A stretch of DNA of 63,794 bases, filler included, from Octopus bimaculoides (GCF_001194135.2; 11 parts of 11 records of this genome joined end to end with filler, not necessarily neighbours in it), one strand, 5' to 3'; shown: positions 40,100 through 52,570, numbered from the whole stretch's first letter. Notes: a model not told the origin generated them from the sequence alone. A program made the numbers and translations.

Positions 40100-40910
40100 A
40101 GAAATGCTACAGTAGGTATTACTCTTGCATGGCAGGAAGCAAGCTATTAGAAAACTGCAGAAACATCCATCCCCCTGGCAGGAAATAAGCAGTTTGTAAA
40201 CTGCAAAAATAATCATCTCTGAGAGGAAACAAGCCGTTAGTAAACTCCATTAGTATTAGATGTAGGAAGCAAGTATAAAGGTAGATGGACAAAAGCATGA
40301 ACAAATACAAAGAAAAAACTTCAAGTATTTAGGACAACTAATAATTCATAAAGGTCGCTGTGGTAGAAGTTACTCAAAGAACAACGAAGGTTAACACAAT
40401 ATTTATGAAAGTGAAAAAGATCATTAACTCAAAAAGACAACACTACCACTAATCTTGTGGCTAGAAAATTTATTATAAGCCTGCTGTCCTCTACAAGGTA
40501 GAAACTTGGATTATGTACAGAGTAATGGCAAAAAAAAAAGTTAGATGTCTTTGGGCAGTGGATCTTCCGAAGATTGGGCAGAATATGCTGAAAAGACAGT
40601 AACAAATGCCGCAGTAATTGAAAAACTAAAGACCCAAATATTTGTATTGTTGAAGAGTAAACCTACAGAGCTATCATGCTTTGGACGTTTAATGAGCTAC
40701 GTGTGATTTCCAAAAACCATCCTAACAGAATGTGTTGAAGGGAAGAGAGTAAGTGGCCATCAATGATATTTTTGGATTGACGACATCAAAGAATGGACCA
40801 GAAACAAGAGCCTGGCCAATTGCATGCATGCAGCACAACATAGAGGAAACTGGCGTGTCTTCTTGACAAACCGACCTCTAGACACAATGAGGGTACCTGG
40901 CCGATGATGT
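40100..40910 (+). mobile_element. RTE (BovB-like) LINE 3' fragment, decayed
   Basis: NFKYLG, PAVLYKVETW, LDVFGQWIFRRLGRI, PKTILTECVEGKR, WIDDIKEWT, AQHRGNWR across frameshifts. Confidence 0.85.
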
Positions 40911-43344
40911 TAGGAATATCAATTTTTAAAAAATGAATTTCTAACATAGTTATAAAGCCACGTATTTGTAGGGAGGTTCTGTTGGTTTACTCTATTACAA
41001 TACATGACAGGTACATTATATAACCAACCCGGTAGGACGAAAGTTCGGAGAGATTTCTGACAGAGCATTGGACAAAAATACTTGGCTGTATTTAGTTGCG
41101 ACCTTTAAATTCTGAGTTCAAATCCAGTCGAAGTCAACATCTTTATAAGGTGCATAACATTATGGTTGTAGAAATGAGATATTTCCTCTTAAGAATGTAA
41201 TGCGTTTCAAATATATATATATAAGAAGATGAAAACGGAAGGAAAATAGAACGAAAAGAGAACAAGAATCGATTTTAAAAACATTATTATATCAGCAATA
41301 AGGGAAGGCTGGGAGAATAGACATAGGATACGAAAAAGGGAGCGAAATGAAAATCATGGGAAGCGAAAAATACGAAAACTCACACACATACATTTCACAA
41401 TTTATGTGGAAGTATTTGTATGCAATTAGTCAGAACGGTGCGTCTAAATAATGCTAGAGGAAGCTTACATAGTGTTTGCACTTCCAGAAAATATTTGATG
41501 CAGTATTCGAAAATAGGTCATGCATACGTAGATTTTTCAGGATTCCTCTTTTCTCCAAGAAGCCAATATCACATATTTCGCTCGTGTTCATATAGGGTTT
41601 TGATCTATCGAGAATTATTCACTAGATTGTCGGTTTGTTTCATCGCAATTTCTGTTATCTTTATGTCTTAAAGAAGACGATGGTCACAAAATCTTCACTC
41701 AGACGCTATGTAAGCACACACACACANNNNNNNNNNNNNNNNNNNNNNNNNNNNNNNNNNNNNNNNACACACACACACACACACACATACACACATAATA
41801 ATATTAGTAGGACCATCAGAACTATAATATGCATGGTTTTCCAGAGAACATTAGCAGATTTAAGCGAATTAAAGTATATAATTCAACTTCAACCAGGATC
41901 GAAACTGCTTTACAAGAGAAAAAAAATGAGGAAAGGAGAATAATCTTGCATTTCTCTTATTGCAGAATATTTTTTATCATTCTATATTTGCAACGCTGCA
42001 AGCGGCCTCATAACATAGTGGCAATCTTGAGTCGAGCCAAATTTGCAATGGTAATTTTATTCCTACTTGAGTCGCTTCGCATGATTTATTCACGTAGACT
42101 AAGTCTGGAAGAAAGAAGATCTGACTGTGTGGAGCCTAGATGCCATAGAGAACATTGCAGTTAAAAGTTTAAAACCCATGCATTCGGTGGGTAATGAACG
42201 AAGCTATTAATGGTTTACCGTTATGTTTTAATTTGCATGTGTGCACGAGAGGTGGCAACATGTACCTACGCGTGCTGATGCACGTGCAGGAAACTGTATT
42301 TCCACGATCATAAGAGATGACAAAGATTATGAAATCGTTCCTAGACATTTCGCCAGAAATATTATATTGCGAATATCTGATAAAAATACCATCCTTCTTT
42401 CTTTTCTTCCATGTTCGCTTTTCTTTTCATACTTATAGAATTTTTTCACCTTACATTCTTTTTAACTTTTTATATCTATTTTTTCTGTTGCTATTTTTAT
42501 ATTCATCTCCTGATCATTCCGTCTTCACATAGCAGTTTCTATATCATTACTGGCCTATGCCAAGAAAGTATATTTATTATATTTACAGTGAATGCTCAGA
42601 ATTATATAATAAATCATTCTTACAACTTCTGCATGTTAAGTGTTTAATTAATCAGCAATATGGTTTTAATTACCTACAAAAGTCAGTTCACTTCATTATA
42701 ATTCTCTGTACTTTTCTTTATTAACCCCAGGCCATGGAGGTATTTGGGAATAGACATATATGTAAGCTAAAAAAGAAACCACTATGAAATCACTCGACCT
42801 GCAAAAAATAGCAACTAAGTTTCCCTTAAATCCCATTTTACTGCCTTAAATGAAGAAGAACTCACTGAAATATGTAGTCCTAGATATAAAGAAATAGGTG
42901 ATGGTTATGGTTGGAATGGTTTTGAACATAATTCAGCTCCATCACAGTTTCTTTGGGACTAAACAGTAAGATCAAAAGTACTAAGAGTAATTTTTCAACC
43001 ATTTTTTTTTTTTACTCATTTCATTATTCAGTGCTCTACTAAGGCGGCGTGCTGGCTGAATCGCTACCACGCCGGGCATCTCTCTTTACTATCTCAGTTC
43101 AAATTCCACCGCGGTTAACTTTACTTTTCATCATTTCAGGCGGCACTGGCCTAGGTAAAAGACAACTATCGAGCTATTCAATGTACTTTTATGAGACAGG
43201 TAGTATCACTCTTTTATCACCTGTTCGTCTGAATTCCTCTCGTTTCTTTGCTGCAACATTAAATATTCCGTATTCAAGCGTGTATAAATCATACTATTTT
43301 GTGCTTGAATTTAACTGAAAAAAAAAACAAAAAATAAACGGAGA

Positions 43345-43717
43345 ACCTACACTTCTGCATTTTTATTCTTTTACCTGTTTCAGTCATTTGACTGCGGCCA
43401 TGCTGGCGCCCCGCCTTTAATCGAGCAAATCGACCCCAGCACTTATTCTATGTAAGCCTAGTACTTAGGTGGAGGTACAAATATAGACACACAAACACGC
43501 ACACATACATACACACATACATTCATATCTCTTCGAAACGCCGGTGTTAAAACGGGGGTAGCTGATGAAGTAGAATGTTCTCTATGTGGCTTGTGTGTTT
43601 TCTCGTCTACGTTTTGTTTGCAATGTCCTGTACCCAGATATGCACCTATACATACAGGTGGATGTCGGTACGCACATACCGGTACGTATATATGCATATA
43701 CTCATTTACTATTTGTT

Positions 43718-43748
<31 letters not shown>

Positions 43749-44150
43749 AAGGAGAATTCACAAAAAAAAAAACAACAGACGAAGACAGGTGGTGTAGAAA
43801 ACAAACAGATGTATTAGTATAACGCTCGGGAATTGAAAAAATCTTTAACGTTTCGAGCCTACGCTCTCCCACAGAAAGGAACACAGAAAGAAAGAAGGAG
43901 AGAGAAAAAATGTGTGAAGTGGTTAAGTCCAAAAGAGTGTAGAAAGGTAGAAAGTCCAGAGAAGAAGTACATGGGTGATGAGAGGAGACAGGATCAGTTT
44001 CCGTCTACCAAATCCACTCACAAGGCTTTGGTCGGCACAAAGTTATAGTAGAAGACATTTGCCCAAGGTGCCACTCAGTAGGACAGAACCCGGAACCATG
44101 TGGTTGGTAACCAAGTTACTTATCACATAGCCACTCCTGCGCCTATGGCC
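43345..44150 (-). mobile_element. SINE family B split by other repeats nested in its internal microsatellite
   Basis: Tail at 43345-43470, head at 43990-44150, foreign repeat fragments in between. Confidence 0.7.
43843..43878 (-). ncRNA. Minimal hammerhead-like motif with variant core
   Basis: Minus strand cttt CTGTGGGA GAGC gtag GCTC GAAA CGTT aaag: perfect stem II, stem I cttt/aaag, palindromic ACGT stem III; core differs from CUGANGA. Confidence 0.45.
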
Positions 44151-44807
44151 ACTCTCGAAGGGAAAAATTTTGTACCTAAACTTAACACTAAATTAGGAAT
44201 GCGACTTATACACAAGTGTGACTTATGCACGAGTAAATACGGTAATTTGCTTTCTTATTTTATCTTAGCATGAAACTTGAGATTTACAGAGAAATGTAAA
44301 TAAGACTGATTTTCAAGCTTTTCTGAGTTCATTAGCCACTTCGAGGGAAGTGAAATGGCTTCAACCTGATATCGAAACAGAAAATCACGAAGTAGCAGAA
44401 ATAGGGGGAGCATAGGGAGGGTCAACCACTTGCGATGCTTTTTATAAGGGCAGCAATTTTGTTGAGTTTTCTGTAAAAAGCCTGCGTTGACTTTTATAGT
44501 CCAAGGAGAGTGGCAAACTCAAGACCTGCCCAAATCACACACACACATACACACAGAGACACAGACACACACACACACACACACACACACACCACTCTAG
44601 CTACGTCACTGACTTCACAATACGATTTCGAATCTCATATTCGCATCTTTTTCTTGTCTTTTTTTCTTCCTTCTGAAAACCTCATCCATCTTTCGTTCTC
44701 TGGCAAAGACAGTTTGATTCATGTTCAAAATATTCTGGTTATTACTTAGTAGCACACTGCCCTGCTTCTTTTAGCAAAAAACATGCCAACAAACACCGGC
44801 ACTCATA

Positions 44808-44840
<33 letters not shown>

Positions 44841-45297
44841 TGGGAGATACTCACCCCCACTCTCTCTCTCTCACGCTCTCTTTCACTATCTCCCACTATC
44901 TCCCTGCCACAGTCAGTTCTCACATTCTCCTCTTCTTTTTTTTTATCCTGTGATAATCTCTGCTTTCTTTTTCTTCTATCACTTCTCCTCCTCTCTCCTC
45001 CTCTTGCCTTTATCTTACAATATATCTGATGGCTTTCTATATTTTTAATGCATCCACTTGAAAGGTTGTAAGTATTTTATATATCGTCGCTCTTACAGAA
45101 AGTGTTACGAAAAATTAACATGTGTTATTGCATCCGAAATACTGATGCAGTCCTCAAAATTATGATATTGTCTGAATTTAAAAATATACATATACATACA
45201 AACATACATACAAACATGCATATATATGTATGTATGTATGCATGCTGGTATGAATTGATGGATTCATGTATACGTATATATATAATACATACATATA

Positions 45298-45333
<36 letters not shown>

Positions 45334-45364
45334 NNNNNNNNNNNNNNNNNNNNNNNNNNNNNNT

Positions 45365-45530
45365 ATGTACGACGGGCTTTTTCAGTTTCCGTCTACCAAA
45401 TCCACTCACAAGGCTTTGGTCGGCTCGAGGCTATAGTAGAAGACACTTACCCAAGGCGCCACGCAGTGGGACTGAACCCGGAACCATGTGGTTGGTAAGC
45501 AAGCTACTTACCACACAGCCACTCCTATGT
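45365..45530 (-). mobile_element. SINE family B head
   Basis: gacgggctttttcagtttccgtctaccaaatccactcacaaggctttggtcggc..ccacacagccactcct. Confidence 0.9.
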
Positions 45531-45571
45531 ATATATTTATGTATATGCATATATATGTACATATCAATCTC

Positions 45572-45602
<31 letters not shown>

Positions 45603-45961
45603 CTGTATATAAAATACTCGAAATACGAGAGTAGAAAAACAGCCAACAACTGCTGAAGGGTCGTTCTTTATGTTATTTCTCTTGTTTTCCATTTGTGTCA
45701 TTCGTTGTTATTAAAAATAGTTCACTTTCCATGTACTAGTACTTCATATTTATTTGTTCTACACGTTTGTGACGTTCTGTGCCTACATATGCATATATAT
45801 GTATAGATGCAGGTATGCACATATACGTATGTATATATGTATATATATATATATATATATATNNNNNNNNNNNNNNNNNNNNNNNNNNNNNNNNNNNNNN
45901 NNNNNNTTAATTAATTAANNNNNNNNNNNNNNNNNNNNNNNNNNNNNNNNNNNNNNNNNNN

Positions 45962-46117
45962 NATATACATACATACACATATACATACATACACATATAC
46001 ATACATACACATATACATACATACACATATACATACATACACATATACATACATACACATATACATACATACACATACATACATATATACATACATACAT
46101 ATATACATACACATATA

Positions 46118-46149
<32 letters not shown>

Positions 46150-46185
46150 CATACATACATATACATATTTACATACATATATACA
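45962..46185. repeat. 16-bp (catatacatacataca)n minisatellite
   Basis: Direct reading. Confidence 0.9.
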
Positions 46186-46654
46186 TATGTTCTCGAGCAA
46201 AACACTTCATTCTATGTTGCTCTTCTGCTGTAGTTGGGACATGTCAAAACCCTCACCAGCAATCGAAACCGCGATCCTATGACCGCGAGTCCGCTACCCT
46301 AACCACTGGGCCATTGCGCCTCCACACTACTACTACTACAGTGAATTTAATCGACTGATTTATTTTTGTCTAACCTGCAATGCTGAAAACCACAATCTGC
46401 ACCGGCAGGTATTTGAACTCGAGCCGACATAACACGAACGACTTACTATTGTTTATACCACCACCTCGTGTCTGTGAGTTATTTCTCTCTAATATGGTTT
46501 ACCCTTGATGTCAAGACAATCGCCTTCTGCCGCAGTGTTGTTCGTCAATGTCCACATTCTTGGTTTATTGACCAGACTTCAAATGACTCACTACGGTCAC
46601 CCAACGAAGAGATGGAAACCTTTTTCAAATCTTAACTGATTGGAATTCATTGGT

Positions 46655-47042
46655 TTCACATTTGACACAAGGCCGGCAATTTCAGGGGAGAGGTTAAGTC
46701 GATTACATCGATCCCAGTGCTCAACTGGTACTTATTTTATCGATCCCGAAAGAATGACAAAGTCGAACCCGGCAACATTTGAACCCAGAACGTAAGGTCA
46801 GAGTAAATACCTATTTCTTTACTGCCCACAAGGGGCTAAACATAGAGAGGATAAACAAGGACATACAAGGGGATTAAGTCGATTACATCGACCCCAGTGC
46901 TTAACTAGTACTTAATTTATCGACCCCGAAAGGATGAAAGGTAAAGTAGTCCTCGGCGGAATTTGAACTCAGAACGTAACGGCAGACGAAATACCGCTAA
47001 GTATTTCGCCCGGCGTGCTAACGTTTCTGCCAGCTCGCCACC
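46655..47042 (-). mobile_element. SINE family A dimer (tail-1 unit joined to a 5'-truncated unit)
   Basis: Units 46812-47042 and 46655-46811; junction ..gtaaagaaata|ggtatttactc on the minus strand. Confidence 0.88.
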
Positions 47043-47639
47043 TCCAGCTGCTTATAATTTATTATAATTTATTTGTTTGAGGTTAAACCAACAAACCTGT
47101 TCAAATAAACTTGTTGTTTATGTTTACATACATTGATTCACAACTATTGATACCGACTTGATAAATATTATCTCGTACTTAAGTACCAGACACATGTTTT
47201 GGAGTGAAAGAATGCGATCCCAGAAGGAATGCATCAAAAGTGAACTCCGGCATGGTTTGAACTCAGAACGTTAGGCTTTCTTGTTTTATCTATCATCCTA
47301 AAAAGAACGATGATATTTTGCAGTGACTCTAGTTTCGGAAATTAATTAATACTTAATTAATAACTGAAAGTCCGACCAATTATCTTATCAGATTTGTGGT
47401 TTTAAATCAAAAATCTTGATTTTCAGACTTCTTGCTTCGAGTTCTTTATTCTAAAGAAATGGACAGTCTTCCTTTGAACCTGTCGCCTCTATGAATACTT
47501 TATGTAATTACTATGACAAGCCACAGCATGGAAACCATATAACAACAACAACAGCTGAGAGGAAACAAATAAACAGTTAATGTTGAGAAACAAGAATTAC
47601 GCTCTTACAGGATCCACACCTGAGTATCTCAGTTGATTA

Positions 47640-47980
47640 AAAGGTGCGGTTGTGTGATAAGAAGCTTACTTCCCAACCACATGGTTCCGGGTTGAATCCC
47701 ACTGCGTGGCACCTTGGGCCAACCAAAGCCTTGTGAGTAGAATCGGTAGAAGGAAACTGGAAGAAGTCCGTCATATATATATATATATATGTCCCAATCA
47801 CCGCTTGACAACCGGTGTTGGTGTGTTTCCGTTCCGTAACTTGGCAGTTCAGCAAAAGAGACTGATAGAATAAGTACCAGGCTATCAAAAAATAAGTATT
47901 GGGGTTGATTCATTCGACAAAAATTTCTCCAAGGCGGTGCCCCAGAATGGCCGCCGTTTAATGATTGAAACGAGTTAAAA
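47640..47980 (+). mobile_element. SINE family B
   Basis: Head, short (TA)n spacer, tail. Confidence 0.85.
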
Positions 47981-48312
47981 GATAAAAAAAGACAAACAGT
48001 TGAACTGAGTTATCTTCTTTGAGAAACAAAAAAAAAAATACTGGGAAAGATGAAATGATAAAGAAAAGAAAAGATTTCATAGAAACCAGCAGACTCTTTA
48101 AAAAAAGACCCTGGGCTTACCTGGTTTACCTGGTTTACCAGATGAACAGAGATCATGGCAAGAAACACCAGGAAGGGCAGCTCTGTCCAACTCACCAATT
48201 CCAGACAGAGGGCCACTAAATGAGCCTCAAATAAGCACGCGTTAGCGCTAATGGCGGTGCCTCAGCAGAGCCACAACTTCTGGCTGAAACCGATAATCGA
48301 ATAATAATAATA

Positions 48313-48527
48313 ATTTCAAATTTTTACCACAAGGGCAGCTTGGGGGAGGTGGGGATGAGTCGATTACATCAATCTCAGTGATGTAACTGGTATTTATTTT
48401 ATCGACCTCTGAAAGGATGAAAGACAAAGTCGACCTCGGCGGAATTTGAACTCAGAACGTAGCGACAGACGAAATACCGCAAAAGCATTTCACCCGGCAT
48501 GCTAACGATTCTGCCAGCTCGCCGACT
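48313..48527 (-). mobile_element. SINE family A
   Basis: Near-consensus copy flanked by (AAT)n on both sides. Confidence 0.9.
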
Positions 48528-48528
48528 T

Positions 48529-48558
<30 letters not shown>

Positions 48559-48562
<4 letters not shown>

Positions 48563-48887
48563 TAGAAAGTGCCAGATAATTGACTTTACAGTCCCAAATG
48601 ATGAAAAAATCAATATGAGAGGTCTAGAAAAAATAGCAAAGTACCAGGACCTAGCCATTGAGTAAATGTATTGCAGTAATTATAGGTGCAATGGGAATTA
48701 TCCCTAAAGATCTGAACAGATGGATAGAAGAAATAGGCATAAAACCCAGTTTGGTACAGCTCCAGAAAACAGTGTTATTAGGGACAGCTAGGATACTCAG
48801 GACGGTTCTTGGTGTCTAAGGTTACTTGTTGCAGCCCTATGTTAGGAATTTTTCTTTTCCAACAGTCTAATCTGTTGTGTGTACATG
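48559..48887 (+). mobile_element. R4/Dong-clade LINE 3' end (restriction-like endonuclease) embedded in (TAA)n
   Basis: KCQIIDFTVPNDEKI..EKIAKYQDLAIE..VIIGAMG..QLQKTVLLGTARILRTVLGV*; (AAT)n both upstream and downstream. Confidence 0.85.
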
Positions 48888-49406
48888 AATAATAATAATA
48901 GCAATAATAATAATAATAATAATAATAATACTGCTTCTAACATTGACTACAACGTAGGCACAGTCATCTAAGCTTGCATATTATGCAGGTAGGAAGCAAC
49001 ATTCCTGCTGTACACGTTAAGATTTTTCCTATCAAATATTTAGATTAATGACAAACTTTATTAAAATCACATCTCTCCCTCTCTCTCTCTCTCATTCTTG
49101 TTAAACAGAATCAAAGGACAGTAAACAAATACTTCTTTCTCTGTCTGTCTGTGTGTGTGTCTCTCTCTCTCTCTCTCTCTCTCCCTCTCTAATATACACA
49201 CACTCATTTCTCTCCACATACACACATATATATAATAATCTTTATTACCCGTTCCGTTAACGTGTCTGTGCGCGTGTGTGTGTGTGCGTGCGAAAGAGAG
49301 AGAAAAAGAGGAAGGGAAACAGGCAGACAACCTTTCAAAGATTCTTAAACACTGTCTGTCCGTCGGCCGATCATTCTGAACGCATTTTGCATGTCATCCA
49401 CTCCAT

Positions 49407-49592
49407 TCAGTTCTTTTCTTCTCTTCGGGACAAACATTGATTCATCGGTTTGTTGCTATATTGTATCATCATTGCCATGTAGGCGATGCTCCAGCTGGCC
49501 TTGACCGCCATAGTTATACATAAATAACCTCGGTCGCGAAAACGAAAACCCACCTTCTCACCCCTGTCTGCTGACATCACGGATAAGGAGCG
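49407..49592 (-). CDS. Candidate exon (possibly terminal) of the minus-strand gene
   Basis: 61 codons open from ttattccgag|CGC to TGA (RSLSVMSADRGEKVGFRFRDRGYLC..REEKN*). The GAG acceptor is atypical, and an internal AAG|GTGGGT donor is an alternative end. Confidence 0.3.
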   Translation of the reverse strand, partial: RSLSVMSADRGEKVGFRFRDRGYLCITMAVKASWSIAYMAMMIQYSNKPMNQCLSRREEKN

Positions 49593-49737
49593 CTCGGAAT
49601 AAATAGTATAGAACGAGTTCGATTATATTGATCGCCTGTATTATATTTTTACTTCGTAGTTATCGGTCAAATCGATTCTCGTCTGGATTTGAACTCATAA
49701 CCGTGTGTAACGAAATAAACACAAGAGATGCTATCTT

Positions 49738-50241
49738 GGATCTTTTTGGTTTGACGGGCAACATTTTTCATTTATGTTTTATGTAGTGTTTTTGGTACCG
49801 AAACACTTTCAAACTTCGTATACTTGTATATTTTGTGTTATAGAACAGATAACAAATTTTGTATTCGAAGTTATTTCATGTTAAAAATGGTCTTATTTCG
49901 ATAATTTCAACCAATCACTGACGTCTATTCAGTTGAATACAGTTACTGTTGTGGCGGTGTATATGGTATTAATCCCCGTTAGTTCTGACATTTCCGATTA
50001 ACTAGACTGTTCGTAAACAAAGGGGGAAAAGCCATCAAAATACTTGAATATTGCCTGCACTTGTTACTGGAGCTGGCAGAATTATTAATGCACCTTTAAC
50101 ATGAAATAACTTCCGATGTACAATTTTTTGTTAAGAAGGCTAAGAGAAAAAGTTGTTTTGTATGACACATTCTACCAGTGTCCCAAGTTTGAAAGTGTTT
50201 CGTTAAGAAAACAAGCGTTGCCCGTCAAACCAAAAATATCC
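49738..50241. mobile_element. MITE with GG-starting TIRs and perfect 8-bp TSD (Merlin-like)
   Basis: TIR ggat(c/a)tttttggtttgacgggcaac at both ends; TSD GCTATCTT at 49730-49737 and 50242-50249. Confidence 0.85.
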
Positions 50242-50249
50242 GCTATCTT

Positions 50250-50430
50250 TATCATCTACCGTTTAATAGCAACCCTTTAATGCGTTTAATGCTTCCCAGT
50301 GCTCGAAGAATGAAAAGCAAAGTCGACATCAGCAGAATTTCAACTCAAGACGTAAAGNNNNNNNNNNGGCGAAATACTGCTAAGCATTTTGTCCAGCGCG
50401 CTAAGGATCCTACCAGCTCGCCGCTTTTGC

Positions 50431-50484
<54 letters not shown>

Positions 50485-50664
50485 CCTTTCTACTATAGGA
50501 ACAAGGCCTGAAATTTTGGGAGAGGGAACTAGTTGATTACATCGACCCTGAAAGGACAAAAAGCAAAGTCGACCTCGGCAGAATTTGAACTTAGAACATG
50601 AAGAGGGATGAAATACCGCTAAGCATTCTGCCCGGCGTCCTAACGATTCTGCCAGCTTGCCGTC

Positions 50665-50696
<32 letters not shown>

Positions 50697-51283
50697 NNNN
50701 NNNNNNNNNNNNNNNNNNNNNNNNNNNNNNNNNNNNNNNNNNNNNNNNNNNNNNNNNNNNNNNNNNNNNNNNNNNNNNNNNNNNNNNNNNNNNNNNNNNN
50801 NNNNNNNNNNNNNNNNNNNNNNNNNNNNNNNNNNNNNNNNNNNNNNNNNNNNNNNNNNNNNNNNNNNNNNNNNNNNNNNNNNNNNNNNNNNNNNNNNNNN
50901 NNNNNNNNNNNNNNNNNNNNNNNNNNNNNNNNNNNNNNNNNNNNNNNNNNNNNNNNNNNNNNNNNNNNNNNNNNNNNNNNNNNNNNNNNNNNNNNNNNNN
51001 NNNNNNNNNNNNNNNNNNNNNNNNNNNNNNNNNNNNNNNNNNNNNNNNNNNNNNNNNNNNNNNNNNNNNNNNNNNNNNNNNNNNNNNNNNNNNNNNNNNN
51101 NNNNNNNNNNNNNNNNNNNNNNNNNNNNNNNNNNNNNNNNNNNNNNNNNNNNNNNNNNNNNNNNNNNNNNNNNNNNNNNNNNNNNNNNNNNNNNNNNNNN
51201 NNNNNNNNNNNNNNNNNNNNNNNNNNNNNNNNNNNNNNNNNNNNNNNNNNNNNNNNNNNNNNNNNNNNNNNNNNNNNNNNNNN

Positions 51284-51351
<68 letters not shown>

Positions 51352-51575
51352 TTATTTCTTTATTGACCACAGGGGGCTAAACATAGAGGGGACAAACAAA
51401 GATAGACAAAGGGATTAAGTCGATTTACATCGACCCCAGTGCGTAACTGGTACTTATTGAATCGACCCCGAAAGGATGAAAGGCAAAGTCGACCTCGGCG
51501 GAATTTGAACTCAGAACGTAAGGACAGACGAAATACCGATAAGCATTTCGCCCGGCGTGCTAACGATTCTGCCAG
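50250..51575 (-). mobile_element. Three SINE family A copies separated by (AAT)n tracts (50250-50425, 50483-50665, 51352-51575)
   Basis: Family A motifs. Confidence 0.88.
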
Positions 51576-52031
51576 ACGACGACGACGACGATGATGATGA
51601 TTTGTTACATTGACACAAAAACCATTGGAGCGAATCAGAGCAAGCACTCATATTAAGAATAAAACCTTAAGGTCAAACCAGTCAGCCATGTCAATGGCAA
51701 AACCTCTCTCAATGTTCTCACCCTTTTTCTCTGAGGGACACTAAAAACAAAACATTAAAAGGGCTGAACACAGCCCCTTTTATTCGTTCTATCACCAGTG
51801 TGCATTTTTTCTTTTCTTTTCTTTCCTTTTTATTATTATTATTATTATTGCATTCGAAAGTCCGCAGAGAACTACTACCTTCGTTTAATCATTGCGAGTG
51901 GAAGGTGAGATAGAACGAAAAGCTGAGCCCACACCAACCCCCTGATTGGAGGGGCCGGGGAGACTGACATAAATACAAGTCACTGGTAACGGTTTATTGC
52001 ACAACAATGTTAAAGACACACAGACAGATAC

Positions 52032-52237
52032 CATCTCTTGAGTGGACGAGCACCGCCAAAACATATTCATAGCTTGTCGTCTGCTGTTGCTATGGTACAT
52101 GGTCGCCAGGGCTGGAATCCACGGCAAACATAAGTGCGTACATACCAACAATGCAGACATAAACACACGTCTGCACTGATGTATAGGCATGCGTGGGTAT
52201 TCACCGTAGATTATATTACAAAGAGATAAACAACGGA
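52032..52237 (-). CDS. Candidate exon of the minus-strand gene (RCLSLCNIIYGEYPRMPIHQC..LATMYHSNSRRQAMNMFWRCSSTQEM)
   Basis: Acceptor gtttgtttgtctgccag|, donor ATG|GTATCT, open frame, phase 1 to 0. Confidence 0.4.
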
Positions 52238-52425
52238 CTGGCAGACAAACAAACGGTCAGGTCCTGTTGTGGCGTGAAGAACAGTCATCAACACCTCTAA
52301 CGATTAGAATAAAATGGACTAGGTTTTTAAGTGCCGACTCTCCAGAAGAAGAAGAAAAAAACAACCCAAACATCCATGTGTGTGTGTGTGTGTGTGTGTG
52401 TGTAATTACGCATACACAGTTACGT

Positions 52426-52570
52426 AGAGTCAGGTATCTTAAATGGTAGAGCGCGCTCAGCCGGAATTCGAGAGGTGCAGGGTTCGATCCTCGGCAGAGA
52501 ATTGCTGGCCACTTCTTCGAACGGTGATGCCCCAACATGACCGCAGCTTCCGAGCTGAAACTAGTTAGAG
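52426..52570 (+). mobile_element. Degenerate tRNA-like sequence, probably a short tRNA-derived SINE
   Basis: A-box-like TAAATGGTAGAGC, B-box GGTTCGATCC, ctc..gag arm; followed by a family-B-like tail (gatgccccaacatgaccgcag..ctgaaactagt). Confidence 0.55.

Noticed and set aside
52086-52098. RFX X-box-like GTTGCTATGGTAC
   Set aside because: Imperfect match, lies inside a candidate coding exon, and has no supporting promoter evidence.
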